Below, in pieces: positions 36,898-47,203 of a stretch of DNA of 64,000 bases (the stretch's first letter is position 1; every line of letters starts with the position of its first letter). The DNA comes from Candidatus Obscuribacterales bacterium (GTDB taxonomy: Bacteria; Cyanobacteriota; Vampirovibrionia; Obscuribacterales; Obscuribacteraceae), in the NCBI GenBank assembly GCA_965228855.1, contig CBDDIJ010000002.1:1280001-1344000 (forward strand). Reading direction: 5' to 3'. The translations under genes were made by a program, and so were the position numbers. Below the pieces are notes generated by a model that was given only the letters and a program-made list of their open reading frames with translations, searched no databases and was not told where the DNA came from.

Positions 36898-38385
36898 TTA
36901 TGCTTTTTCCCAGGTCGTCTGACCGGCTGTATCCATAAGGCTTACGCCCGCGTCGGTCAAGCGCTGCCGGATGAGATCCGAAGTTGCGTAGTCTTTGTTC
37001 GAGCGAGCGTTCTGTCTAAGCTCAACTACTAGATTGACGATTTGCTCCACAGTGTGCGAATCAATTTGCTTTCTCGTATCTACTAGAGTAAGGCCGAGCA
37101 AGCGTGCGAATTGAACCAGTACGGTTGCATACCCCTGGCGTTTAGCTTCGTCTTTCTCTACGAATACCTTGTCTGCCAGAGCGAACAGCTGTGAAATGGC
37201 GACTGCTGTGTTGAAGTCGTTATCCATTGCTTCGATGAATGCTGCTCTGAACTGCTTGGTAGTTTCATCCTTTACCGGGTCGAGTGATTCGGCCGTTGCT
37301 TTTGAAATTTGATTTTTCGTTTGTTCAAGCAAAGCCTGACCGGTTGTCTCAAAACTTTTTCCGTTTTGCGAATTGACCGCAAAAGCAGCTGCACGCAAAA
37401 TGCGTCCTAACGCGGTTCTCGATGCGGTCAAAGCCTCGATTGAAAACTCAATCGGGTTGCGATAGTGGGTTTGAAGTGCGAAGAGGCGAATAGTATCCGG
37501 CGAGAATTTCGCTAGCAATTCCTGAATCGTCGAGAAGTTTCCTTCCGATTTAGACATCTTTTCTGAATTGACTTGCACAAAACTATTATGGAGCCAGTAC
37601 TTGGACATGGGCTTGCCATGCAGGGCTTCTGACTGCGCAATTTCGTTTTCGTGATGCGGAAAGACCAGATCTTCTCCACCTGCGTGAATGTCAAAGGTCT
37701 CTCCTAGAACGTGTTTGGTCATCGTGGAGCATTCGAGGTGCCAACCGGGACGACCTTGTCCCCATGGGCTTGACCACGCAAGTTCCCCGTCCTTTGCGCT
37801 TTTCCACAGAGCGAAATCGGCAGGGCTTTTCTTTTTGTCTGCAAGATCTTCTTGAGAGCGAACTTGATCGCGAGCTCCGACAAGCAGATCTTCGAGCGAT
37901 TTCTTGCCGAGTTTGCCATATTCTTTGAAACTGGCGACATCGAAGTAGACATCTCCGGCGCTCTCGTAAGCATGACCTTTTTCGATAAGCTCTCTGGTGA
38001 ACTGAATCATCAGCTCGATGAATTCGGTGGCTTTAGGCTCATAGTCAGGCGGCTGCACGTTTAAGCAATGCATGTCGTGCCAGAACGTGTACGTATATTC
38101 GCGTGCGACCTGCTCTGGGGTTTTCCCGAGCGCTTTGGCGCGATTGATGATCTTGTCGTCAACATCGGTGATGTTGCGCACATAAGTCACATCATAGCCG
38201 GAGAAACGGAGGTAGCGCTGGACCACGTCGTAAACCATGGTCATGCGAGCGTGTCCGAGGTGGCTCATATCGTAGACGGTCGGACCGCAGGCGTACATCA
38301 TCACCTTATTTCCGTTCAACGGAACAAATGGTTCTTTCTTGCCTGTCAGAGTGTTGTGGACGTTGATACTATGCATGGGAATCAC
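36898..38385 (-). CDS. cysS: Cysteine--tRNA ligase
   Basis: CGPTVYD, HLGH, GRPGWHLECS, FPHHENEIAQ, KMSKS. Confidence 0.98.
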   Translation of the reverse strand: MIPMHSINVHNTLTGKKEPFVPLNGNKVMMYACGPTVYDMSHLGHARMTMVYDVVQRYLRFSGYDVTYVRNITDVDDKIINRAKALGKTPEQVAREYTYTFWHDMHCLNVQPPDYEPKATEFIELMIQFTRELIEKGHAYESAGDVYFDVASFKEYGKLGKKSLEDLLVGARDQVRSQEDLADKKKSPADFALWKSAKDGELAWSSPWGQGRPGWHLECSTMTKHVLGETFDIHAGGEDLVFPHHENEIAQSEALHGKPMSKYWLHNSFVQVNSEKMSKSEGNFSTIQELLAKFSPDTIRLFALQTHYRNPIEFSIEALTASRTALGRILRAAAFAVNSQNGKSFETTGQALLEQTKNQISKATAESLDPVKDETTKQFRAAFIEAMDNDFNTAVAISQLFALADKVFVEKDEAKRQGYATVLVQFARLLGLTLVDTRKQIDSHTVEQIVNLVVELRQNARSNKDYATSDLIRQRLTDAGVSLMDTAGQTTWEKA

Positions 38386-38443
38386 CGTATGTAGTGGCGC
38401 GCGGAAAGCCGCCCGTAAAGGTTCAAACGAATCTTAGACGCTT

Positions 38444-39919
38444 CTACACATGGCCCCCATTGCCTCCGTTCTTCAACGCTTTTTCCAGGCGTGCCTGAAC
38501 TTTTGTCGGTCCGAGCACTGACATGATCGAACCGAGATCCGGTCCGGATGTGGTTCCAGACAGAGCCGCCCGCAATGGCCAGTACAAATTTTTGCCCTTG
38601 ATGCCGAGTTCTTTACCCATTGAATCAACTGCAGCTTTAACAGCTTTAGGATCTTCAAAAGGCAGCTTGCCTAGTTGTGTAAGCGTTTCACCCAACACCT
38701 TTTTCGCATCATCGCTCGATAGCGCGGCTTCTTTTACATCGGCAGGAACGTCGATGGTTTGTCCAAAGTAGAAGGCTGTCGCTGCCTTGACTTCGCTGAG
38801 TTTGGTCAATCCGTCCCGCACGGCGCCTACCAGCTTCTCCAGCGCGTCATTGGAAACGTCCGACAAATCGTAATCAGTGAGAAATGCGCGTGCGCGCTCC
38901 GTCACCGTCGATAGTGGCAGGCTTCGTATGTACTGCGCGTTGTACCAGTTCAACTTGTCCATATCGAAGCGAGCGTGCGTCTTGCTGACGCGCTTGATGT
39001 CAAACATCTCGCCTGCTTCTTCGAGAGTAAAGATTTCGAGCTTGTCGTCAGGCGGAGTGAAGCTTGTTTTGATCAAGTAATTGACGATCGCTTCGGGCAT
39101 GTAACCCTGATGTTTGTAATAGTCGATGTGGACCAGCTCACCGTGCTCGCGCTTCGACAATTTTCGATCGTTAGTATCGAAAATCAGACCGGTGTGGGCG
39201 AAGTGAGGAGGCTTAATTCCAAGTGCTTCGAAAATGAGAAGCTGCTTTGCCGTGTTGTGAATGTGGTCTTCTCCACGGATTACATCCGTCATGTGCATAT
39301 CGATGTCATCGATGACCACAGCAAAGTTGTAGGTCGCGACGCCATTCGACTTGATGATGACCATGTCGCCGCCGAGATCGGCGCTGTTTACCGTTATGGG
39401 ACCTTTTATCTGGTCGTCCCAGCGGATGTCTTGAGGCTCTTCGATGCGAAAACGAAATGACGGCAGCCTGCCTTCAGCCTCGTATTTCTCGCGCTGCTCA
39501 ATAGTCAGATCGCGACCGCGATTGTCGTAACGCGGAGGTTTTCCTGTGACACGCTGCTCTTCTTTCAACGCAGCCAGCTCCTCTGCTGATGCGTAGCAAA
39601 GGTAAGCAAAACCGCTCGAGAGCAGCTTGTCGGCCATGGCTTCGTAGTGGTCGATCTTCTCGGTTTGTCTGTAGGGCGGATAAGGTCCACCTATGTCACA
39701 ACCCTCGTCCCACGACAGTCCAAGCCATTTCAGGCCGTCAATGATATCTTTCGTGTATTTCTCGTCCGAGCGCTCGTTATCCGTGTCTTCCAGGCGGAAA
39801 ATAAACTTGCCTTTTTGTTTTTTAGCGTAAAGGTAGTTGTAGAGAGCCGTCCTGGCAGTGCCAAGATGGAGGTTGCCCGTAGGAGACGGGGCGATTCGAA
39901 CTCTGGTTTCTGTGCTCAC
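38444..39919 (-). CDS. gltX: Glutamate--tRNA ligase
   Basis: RIAPSPTGNLHLG, RLEDTD, IRGEDH, KLSKR. Confidence 0.98.
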   Translation of the reverse strand: MSTETRVRIAPSPTGNLHLGTARTALYNYLYAKKQKGKFIFRLEDTDNERSDEKYTKDIIDGLKWLGLSWDEGCDIGGPYPPYRQTEKIDHYEAMADKLLSSGFAYLCYASAEELAALKEEQRVTGKPPRYDNRGRDLTIEQREKYEAEGRLPSFRFRIEEPQDIRWDDQIKGPITVNSADLGGDMVIIKSNGVATYNFAVVIDDIDMHMTDVIRGEDHIHNTAKQLLIFEALGIKPPHFAHTGLIFDTNDRKLSKREHGELVHIDYYKHQGYMPEAIVNYLIKTSFTPPDDKLEIFTLEEAGEMFDIKRVSKTHARFDMDKLNWYNAQYIRSLPLSTVTERARAFLTDYDLSDVSNDALEKLVGAVRDGLTKLSEVKAATAFYFGQTIDVPADVKEAALSSDDAKKVLGETLTQLGKLPFEDPKAVKAAVDSMGKELGIKGKNLYWPLRAALSGTTSGPDLGSIMSVLGPTKVQARLEKALKNGGNGGHV

Positions 39920-40309
39920 AGTGAAAACCCGTGTAATGCAGTAAACAGGGGCTCATAGGCCCACGGGGGATCGTGATTCTAACAGATAGCCGAAGAACTG
40001 ACTCTTTTGATACTGTCAAGAGTTGAGCGATATTAAGTCAATGCAATCTTTGAGGCGGGGAATTCGGTGTAATCGGAGTTCCGGGGCACGTGTCTTGACA
40101 GGGGTGCGTAAATGCGCAGAATCCGTGCGCAAACTGCCCTGTATGACCTGGACGCTTTCGATAAACTGAAAACGGTCCGCAGTGTTGGCGTTTTGATTTC
40201 GACCCAGCGCCTTTCACTCAATCTGTTCACTTCAAACCAAGTTTGCAAGGCTTACCTGATGTTGGTGTCTGCTATGCAGAGCCGATTTCGCTATGTAAAG
40301 GAGCGCTTT

Positions 40310-40855
40310 ATGACAGCCGAAAAGTTTGAACATGACACTGCTGGTGATATCAGCGTGAACGACGATGTCTCTCGTCGCTTGTTCTCGGAGAGTTACGCCG
40401 CCGTTGAATCCACCAGCAGTGACATTGCCCAATCAAGTTCCATAGAAAAAACAGGCATCACGGCGGGAATGCTCAAAGACGCGTCGGGCGGAAAACTATC
40501 TGAGGACGCGAAAAAACTGCTTGAGGAGCACTTCGCTGGAAGTGATGTTCATAATGACATTACAAAGTTCAACACTGAACTATCGAGGGTTGGAAGTGAG
40601 TATCGGATGATGTCTGAAAGTGTCACCAGAGGTACGGTTAACAAGCGCATACTCGCCGAGGACACGGCTGTCGCTCTTGTTAAAGCAGGCGAGAGTCCGA
40701 AAGCTTTGTTGATGGACCTTTTGCAAAGCGGTACCCAAAGCCAGTATCGTGACAGGGGCCTGGTCGTGCAAAGAGAATTGCAGATTCCAAAGCCGTCTCG
40801 CCTGGGCCGACCAGTGACGGATTTGCATGAGTTTCTCAAAACCTTCGATGACTGA
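40310..40855 (+). CDS. Hypothetical protein
   Basis: ATG 40310 with AAGGAG RBS; 181 aa; no recognised motif. Confidence 0.75.
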   Translation: MTAEKFEHDTAGDISVNDDVSRRLFSESYAAVESTSSDIAQSSSIEKTGITAGMLKDASGGKLSEDAKKLLEEHFAGSDVHNDITKFNTELSRVGSEYRMMSESVTRGTVNKRILAEDTAVALVKAGESPKALLMDLLQSGTQSQYRDRGLVVQRELQIPKPSRLGRPVTDLHEFLKTFDD

Positions 40856-40952
40856 GATCGCATTCTTGGACAATTGCGCTTCCGAATGCAGCTAAATGCA
40901 GTCGAGCTATGCGTTTCCGCTGATCTGATCGGACGAGCTGACACTCATAGCC

Positions 40953-41100
40953 GCCAGCGTCAATGCTATGTCGAGAGTATGCAGCGAGACCGAGTTCACC
41001 AAAGGCGTCTCTCGTCGCGATAGAGGCATGTCGGCCAGGGGGTCGAGCCTCCTCCTGGGGGAAGCTGCTCCGGACCGTATACGAGGTCCGCGGCGCTGGC
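40953..41100. ncRNA. Candidate structured non-coding element
   Basis: Nested complementary segments filling the gap between convergent genes (see findings). Confidence 0.4.
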
Positions 41101-41114
41101 ATAACTTGCGTGGG

Positions 41115-41927
41115 TTATTGGAGAACAAAAACATCCACCATTGCAACGCCTGAGGAGACCATATTCAACTGCTTCGCAGCACCGTGCGAAAGGTCTATCA
41201 CGCGATTGTCTTTGTAGGGACCACGGTCATTCACCTTGACTACGCAGGACTTTCCGGTGCTGCGGTTGGTGACGAGCAACTTGGTTCCGAACGGCAACGT
41301 TCGGTGAGCCGCCGTCATAGCTTCTTGATCGAAACGCTCACCATTGCTGGTTCTTCGACCGTGGAAATTCGGTCCGTACCATGAAGCACGTCCGGAGAAG
41401 CTATCGTCTCCACTCATATTTGCTAGTCGTCCGGAAGCTGCCGCTTCGGCGTAATTGTTGATAGCATCAGACATCTTGGCTATGCCGACCGCGCATCTCA
41501 ATGCGTTGATCACCTGCATACTCGATTTCACAGCAATCTTTCCGGCTTCTTCGCTGTCTGATGCCGATGTTGGCGGAGCGAATTTCAATATCGTCTTGCC
41601 ATTGAATTTGATCGCTGCGTAATTTCCTTCACGTGCAGGAAGAAATTGCTCGATTGCATCTTTCTCGTCATCGAGAATCTCTTCGATGTTTTCCGCGAGT
41701 TTTTCTGCTCGATCTTCTGCACTGTCGCCATCGATTTCTCCTCGATAGCTGATGATCTCTTCACCATTGATGGTGACAGAGGCGCACTCCTCGCCGTTCT
41801 CCTCGTATGTGGAAGAAACGACTTCAGGTGCGAGGTATGTTCCTGCTGCTTGTGCCGGAAGCGCAAACGCGCTCACCAAGCCCAGGGCAACTATTGAACT
41901 GTATAAGTATTGTTTCCGATTGATCAC
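41115..41927 (-). CDS. rlpA: RlpA-family lytic transglycosylase (DPBB) with N-terminal extension
   Basis: GRASWYG, TSNGE, TAAHRTLPFGT, VNDRGPY, IDLS; GGAG RBS before GTG. Confidence 0.93.
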   Translation of the reverse strand: MINRKQYLYSSIVALGLVSAFALPAQAAGTYLAPEVVSSTYEENGEECASVTINGEEIISYRGEIDGDSAEDRAEKLAENIEEILDDEKDAIEQFLPAREGNYAAIKFNGKTILKFAPPTSASDSEEAGKIAVKSSMQVINALRCAVGIAKMSDAINNYAEAAASGRLANMSGDDSFSGRASWYGPNFHGRRTSNGERFDQEAMTAAHRTLPFGTKLLVTNRSTGKSCVVKVNDRGPYKDNRVIDLSHGAAKQLNMVSSGVAMVDVFVLQ

Positions 41928-42134
41928 GGTAATCTCCAGCTACCCTATGCCGTAAGACTGATTCTCGCGAGCGCTTCCGAATACGTTGTATGCGTTTTCC
42001 GAAGCTCCCTCCGAATGCGAGATGTCTTGTGAACGACCCCTCTAAATGTTCTTAGGCTGTTTGGGGGACTTGCGCTGCGTATCCATTCGATTGCTTTTGA
42101 ATTGGATCGGCGTCGCCGTTTTGGAGCGAGGCGT

Positions 42135-42164
42135 AAGTTACCAGAACGGCGAGTTGCGAGTCAA
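42135..42164 (-). promoter_or_regulatory. Putative sigma70-type promoter for rlpA
   Basis: Minus strand TTGACT-18 nt-TAACTT with TGn extension. Confidence 0.4.
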
Positions 42165-42670
42165 AAATGCTTGGCAACAGCCAGATTTTCCCGTCCCTGT
42201 TGCATTTACGGCATAGTTGGCGATCTTTTAAGATTTCGGGCTTGACAGAAAGCGCCTGTTGTATCGGGGTGCTATCAAGCGTATATACATCCCGACCGGC
42301 GCGAATTCTTTCAATAATTAGTCACCGCTCATAAGTGATACCGCGGGCGGTTGTCATGTGTCGTCGGTAAAAAAGTGTAAAACTCACATTAAGCTTGCTC
42401 TCATTTATTATCGGCCCGAATTTTAGACGCATCTCAGGTTGTCTAAACCTGCTGTATATAAGCCTTTTGGTGAATATGCCGATCTACTTGCAACCACCGG
42501 TGGTGTCGCAACCAAAGTTTGCAATTTATTGCAGCCTTAAACCGCTTGTGACTGAAATTTGTCGCAAAGCAAAGTCTATGTCACAAACCGATCACAATTG
42601 ATTCGTCCGAAGCCAGAGTTCATCAGCCTTTTATTTGCGCAGTTCGGATTAACTGCATTCCATGCCGGTT

Positions 42671-43432
42671 CTAATTGGACATGAATTCCTGCATGAGCTT
42701 TTCATCCATGTCGAAATTGGCGAATACATGTTGAACGTCGTCGTGATTCTCTAGAACGTCGAGCAGCTTCAGGAGCTGCTTCGCGATGTCCGCATCTTGC
42801 ACGCTCACCGTCGAGAGCGGCGACATGTTTACTTCAGCGGAAATGATCTTATGACCGGATTTTTCAATCGCTTCCTTGACCTTTTCCATCTTGTCGGAGG
42901 AGCAGATAACCAGCGCTTCTTCGCTTTCTTCCGTGAGTAAGTCGTCGGCACCGGCATCGCTAGCCGCCGTCAAAAGACTGTCCTCGTCGTAATTTGACTC
43001 TTTGTCGATCTGCAATTCGCCGCGTTCTTTAAACATCCAGTTGACGCAACCCGTGTCACCAAGGTTGCCTCCGTACTTGGAGAAATAACTTCTGATGTCG
43101 CCCGCGGTTCTGTTTCGATTGTCCGTCGCGCATTTGACAAGTACAGCGACTCCACCAGGACCGTATCCTTCGTACGTCAGTTCCTCGACGCTATCAGCTC
43201 CGCCGGTACCAGCGCCCTTTTCGATTGCTCTTTCGATATTGTCGTTGGGAACGCCTTCCGCTTTCGCTCGTTCGATCGCGGTGCGAAGTCTGAAGTTGCC
43301 AGCAGGATCCGGTCCACCAAGTTTCGCAGCGACAATGATTTCTCGCGCCATCTTGGCGTAAACAACACCGCGCTTTTGGTCGACAACAGCTTTAGTTCTC
43401 TTGATGGTTGCCCATTTAGAATGACCTGACAT
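42671..43432 (-). CDS. yebC: YebC/PmpR family protein
   Basis: MSGHSKWATIKR, YEGYGPGG, TDNRNRT, DDVQHVFAN. Start set at ATG 43432. Confidence 0.96.
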   Translation of the reverse strand: MSGHSKWATIKRTKAVVDQKRGVVYAKMAREIIVAAKLGGPDPAGNFRLRTAIERAKAEGVPNDNIERAIEKGAGTGGADSVEELTYEGYGPGGVAVLVKCATDNRNRTAGDIRSYFSKYGGNLGDTGCVNWMFKERGELQIDKESNYDEDSLLTAASDAGADDLLTEESEEALVICSSDKMEKVKEAIEKSGHKIISAEVNMSPLSTVSVQDADIAKQLLKLLDVLENHDDVQHVFANFDMDEKLMQEFMSN

Positions 43433-43871
43433 GGTTTCTCCGTTTCTGAAGCACATACGACAATCGAGTTCTCGGTTGAGAATCGAAAAATTTTGCTCTC
43501 TCATATCCTTATATATAGGAATGCGGGAGAGGGCAAGTACCTTTTTAGGATAAGCAATTTCCGCCGATCTGTTTGCCTCTTTTTAAAAGCCGTTTACATC
43601 TTCAGACCGCTCGCACGGTTCCCAACCCGCTCTAATCTCGGTTTAAGCAGGAAAAGAAGAACGGTGTGCCAATCAGGCTGTCAGGAGTTTTGAAATTGGA
43701 GCTTTGAAGGGTTACTATGTTGATCACATTTCGTGTGAAGTCCAACACTGTTTTACTTCGCATGCATTCCAGTTCGAATTTGCTCCATGCCTCGAACAAT
43801 CAAACCAGTCCTTTCGGACTTGAAATAGACAATCATTCGCCTCGCGTAAGAGACGAACCACGGAGAAAGTT

Positions 43872-45758
43872 ATGAAACCGAATCTTATTATAGGATTGCT
43901 GGCCGGATCTATCGCATTGGTCAGCGCCGATCAGTGCTTCGCGCAGTCCTTTACTGATGCGCCTTCTCACGGTCGTCTGCTTGCGCAGAAAAAACGTACT
44001 CTCAAAGTTCGGATCGAACATGATGTTGTTCAAGCTGATGACCTGATGCTGAAAGGCAAATATGGTGATGCTGAGAGCATGTACAAACAAGCACTGCAGC
44101 GCAATGGTAAGAGCGTTCCTGCTACTGTCGGTTACGGAATGGCGCTCGCCAAGCAGTTTAAACTCGATGGTGCCAAAGCACAATTCGAAAAAGCGCTTGA
44201 GATGGATCCACGAAATGCCATGGCTCATGCCGGTCTTGCGATGGTGATGTACAACAGTTTGCAATCTTCCAGTCAAACTGTCCGCGCCAATCAAGATGCC
44301 ATTTTGAAAAGCGCAGAAGCCGAGTGTAAGCAAGGCCTTGCTATCGATCCGGGCATGCCCGAGGCGCACTACACTCTCGGTAACGTTTATCGCACGCAAG
44401 GCAGAATCGATGAAGCTCTGAATGAATATAAGGAAGCATCGAAGCTCGATCCTGAATATTCGGAAGCGTTCGCTGGTGTCGGTTTAGTCAATATGAACAA
44501 GGGTCAATGGGCAGATGCAGTGACCGCGTTTAAACAGGCAATTCAACTTTCATCCGGTAATTCCACTGCTCACTACGGCTTGGGAAGAACGTATTTCAAG
44601 CAAGGACTTTACGACGAAGCGCTCAAAGAGCTGAACACATCGTTGTATCAGCATCGTGAATCTGCTCCCGTTCGACTGACTCGCGGTGAAGTTTATTCCG
44701 CTCAGGGCAATGCCGTTGCTGCAATCCGCGAGTTTCAAGAGGCTATCCGTATCAAACCGGAAACACCGGAAGCATATATCAACATTGCGGACATCCGCGA
44801 AAATAGAGGCGATCTGGAGGATGCAATTGCTCAATTGCGATCCGGTACGGAACTCATGCCGGACAACTCAGTTCTGCGAGGAAGAATTGCTGACTTGAGC
44901 CTGAAGCTGGAAAAACTCGATCAAGCCATCAAGGAATATCAAAAAGTTCTCGAAGTCGATCCAGGTAATGGACCGGCCGCACAAGGTTTGACTCGCGCTT
45001 ATTACATGAAGGCTAATAAAGATGCGAACAGCTCGTTCTTCGTTTCCAACGAGTTCGAAGAGGCTAAGGCTTCCATCGACAAAGCAGTCAGCATGAATCC
45101 TAATAATATGGAGTTGCGTTTAGCGCAATTGAAGCTCCGTATCATGATGGGCGATCCGGTTGATCTCTCGCAAGTCGCGCAGCCGACGAACGACGGTGAG
45201 CGCATCGCGTATGCCGAAGCTTTGCTTGCCCAAAACAAATTCGCCGAAGCCGATCAACAGCTGAACACAGTGTTGAACAACTCGAACGATCCTAAAGAAG
45301 TTTTTGCAGTAGGAGATCTCTCCTTGATGATCAAAGACTTGAAGAGCGCCGAAGCGGCCTACAAAAAGGCGAACGGCATGCCCGGGCAGGAGAAGAGAGC
45401 TGCACGCGGTTTGAACCTGGTTGGAAAAGCTAAAGAATCTGCCCAACAGGATTTGACGCTGGCGAACGATCTGGCTAAGAAGAAACAGCTCGGTTCTGCG
45501 ATGGACAAATATCACGCCGCTATCTATGAAAACCCGCGTGTAGCAGATGCTCGCCTTGGTGCCGGCAAAACGCTCGAGCTGCTGAAGCCTGCGCAAAGCA
45601 AGGATTTGAAAGAAGCGATCGTGCAGTACAAGGCTTACCTCGCTCTTTCTCCCGAACTTCCTCCGAAGGAAAAGGAGAAGATGGAGAAGAAAATCGAGAA
45701 GCTGCAAGAGAAAGCTTTCAAGCTTGAGCAAAAAGAGAAAGAGCGCGGCGGCAAGTAG
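43872..45758 (+). CDS. Exported multi-TPR protein
   Basis: Signal peptide; many TPR units (e.g. AHYTLGNVYRTQGRIDEALNEYKEASKLDP). Confidence 0.92.
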   Translation: MKPNLIIGLLAGSIALVSADQCFAQSFTDAPSHGRLLAQKKRTLKVRIEHDVVQADDLMLKGKYGDAESMYKQALQRNGKSVPATVGYGMALAKQFKLDGAKAQFEKALEMDPRNAMAHAGLAMVMYNSLQSSSQTVRANQDAILKSAEAECKQGLAIDPGMPEAHYTLGNVYRTQGRIDEALNEYKEASKLDPEYSEAFAGVGLVNMNKGQWADAVTAFKQAIQLSSGNSTAHYGLGRTYFKQGLYDEALKELNTSLYQHRESAPVRLTRGEVYSAQGNAVAAIREFQEAIRIKPETPEAYINIADIRENRGDLEDAIAQLRSGTELMPDNSVLRGRIADLSLKLEKLDQAIKEYQKVLEVDPGNGPAAQGLTRAYYMKANKDANSSFFVSNEFEEAKASIDKAVSMNPNNMELRLAQLKLRIMMGDPVDLSQVAQPTNDGERIAYAEALLAQNKFAEADQQLNTVLNNSNDPKEVFAVGDLSLMIKDLKSAEAAYKKANGMPGQEKRAARGLNLVGKAKESAQQDLTLANDLAKKKQLGSAMDKYHAAIYENPRVADARLGAGKTLELLKPAQSKDLKEAIVQYKAYLALSPELPPKEKEKMEKKIEKLQEKAFKLEQKEKERGGK

Positions 45759-45817
45759 TTACTTCTAACATCGCACTCACATACATATAAGCTTGAATCG
45801 GCGAAGAGCCTGTTAAA

Positions 45818-47203
45818 ATGGTCGCTGTGGCACGCTGGAAACAACGAAAAGTAACCATTTACGGGCTCGGCAGGAGCGGCATGGCTGCCGTTCGCTATTT
45901 GTGCGAGCGCGGCGCTGATGTGTTTGTTTCCGACAGCCAGCCAGAGTCCAAGATAAATGAAGCAACTCTCAAGGAGTTGAGAACTCTGGGCGTTCGCTAC
46001 GAGTTCGGCGAACACAGCTTGCAAGCCATTCGATTCGCAGACATCTTTATTGTAAGTCCCGGCATTTCGCCTTACTCCGACGTCATCCAGATGTCGAAGA
46101 AAACGGGCAAAGAGGTTATTTCCGATATCGAGCTGGCCTCCCGCGAAACGACAATTCCAATTATCGCGATCACAGGCACCAACGGTAAGTCGACAACAAC
46201 GGCTTTGATCAGCCACTTGCTCGAATTTTGTGGGTATCGCGCACCAGTGTGTGGAAACATCGGCGTTCCGATTCTCTCACTGATAGACCGGAAGCTCGAT
46301 TTCCTGGTAGCCGAGGTAAGTTCGTTTCAGCTCGAATATTGTCCGACTTTCGCACCGAAGATTAGCGTCTGGTTGAACCTGACTCCCGACCACATCGATT
46401 GGCATAAGGGCATCGATCATTATGTTGACGCAAAACGCAAAATGTTCAAAAACCAACATATGAGTCAGTATGCGGTTTTGAGCATGGACGATCCGGTGGT
46501 GGCAGCGACCAAGACGATTGCTGAGATTTTCCCGTTTTCCACTGAATCGGAATTCGATGAATACATGCAAGGCACCTATGTGTCGGATGGCTTCATCTGC
46601 TGCCGGCGCTTGATGCAGGATCGCGTCGTGATACCAGTGCGCGATTTGCCGATTAAGGGCAAGCACAATGTTGAGAACGCACTTGCTGCCATTGGTGCTG
46701 CGGTGCTTGCCGGTGCGGATATCGATCGGATTAAGGAGGGACTAAAAACCTTTAAGAATCTAGAGCATCGGATGGAGTTCGTTGGCACTATAGATGGTGT
46801 TAGTTTCTACAATGACTCCAAGGCGACCAACACTGTGTCTGCCATTAAAGCGCTTGAATCTTTCCCGGGAGAGCCTGTAGTTCTCATCGCAGGTGGAAAA
46901 GACAAAGGAACATCCCTCACAGATTTTGTTCATGTTGTCAGAAAAACCGCATCTGCTGTTATCCTCATAGGGGAGGCCACAGGCAGATTCGAAAACGAAC
47001 TTCGGCAGGGAGGAGTCCAGAATATATATCCGGTGGAATCGCTTGATGCGGCGGTGAAATTAGGACTACAGCTCAATCAGGGCCCAGTGCTACTTTCACC
47101 GGCGTGTGCCAGTTTCGATATGTTCAAAGACTACGAGGATAGAGGGCGTGTCTTCAAAGATATTGTCCGTGCAAGGCTCAAAGAGGTCGCGCAAACAAAC
47201 TAA
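45818..47203 (+). CDS. murD: UDP-N-acetylmuramoyl-L-alanine--D-glutamate ligase
   Basis: GLGRSG, SPGI, ITGTNGKSTT, EVSSFQL, NLTPDH, NDSKATN, LSPACASFD. Confidence 0.97.
   Translation: MVAVARWKQRKVTIYGLGRSGMAAVRYLCERGADVFVSDSQPESKINEATLKELRTLGVRYEFGEHSLQAIRFADIFIVSPGISPYSDVIQMSKKTGKEVISDIELASRETTIPIIAITGTNGKSTTTALISHLLEFCGYRAPVCGNIGVPILSLIDRKLDFLVAEVSSFQLEYCPTFAPKISVWLNLTPDHIDWHKGIDHYVDAKRKMFKNQHMSQYAVLSMDDPVVAATKTIAEIFPFSTESEFDEYMQGTYVSDGFICCRRLMQDRVVIPVRDLPIKGKHNVENALAAIGAAVLAGADIDRIKEGLKTFKNLEHRMEFVGTIDGVSFYNDSKATNTVSAIKALESFPGEPVVLIAGGKDKGTSLTDFVHVVRKTASAVILIGEATGRFENELRQGGVQNIYPVESLDAAVKLGLQLNQGPVLLSPACASFDMFKDYEDRGRVFKDIVRARLKEVAQTN

Noticed and set aside
40836..41217. Short ORFs between the orphan gene and rlpA
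   Set aside because: No RBS or protein-like features; nested base-pairing explains the region better.
41928..42130. c-di-AMP (ydaO) riboswitch upstream of rlpA
   Set aside because: Signature segments such as GCTGAATCC and CAGCTAAC are absent; kept only as an unassigned structured leader.
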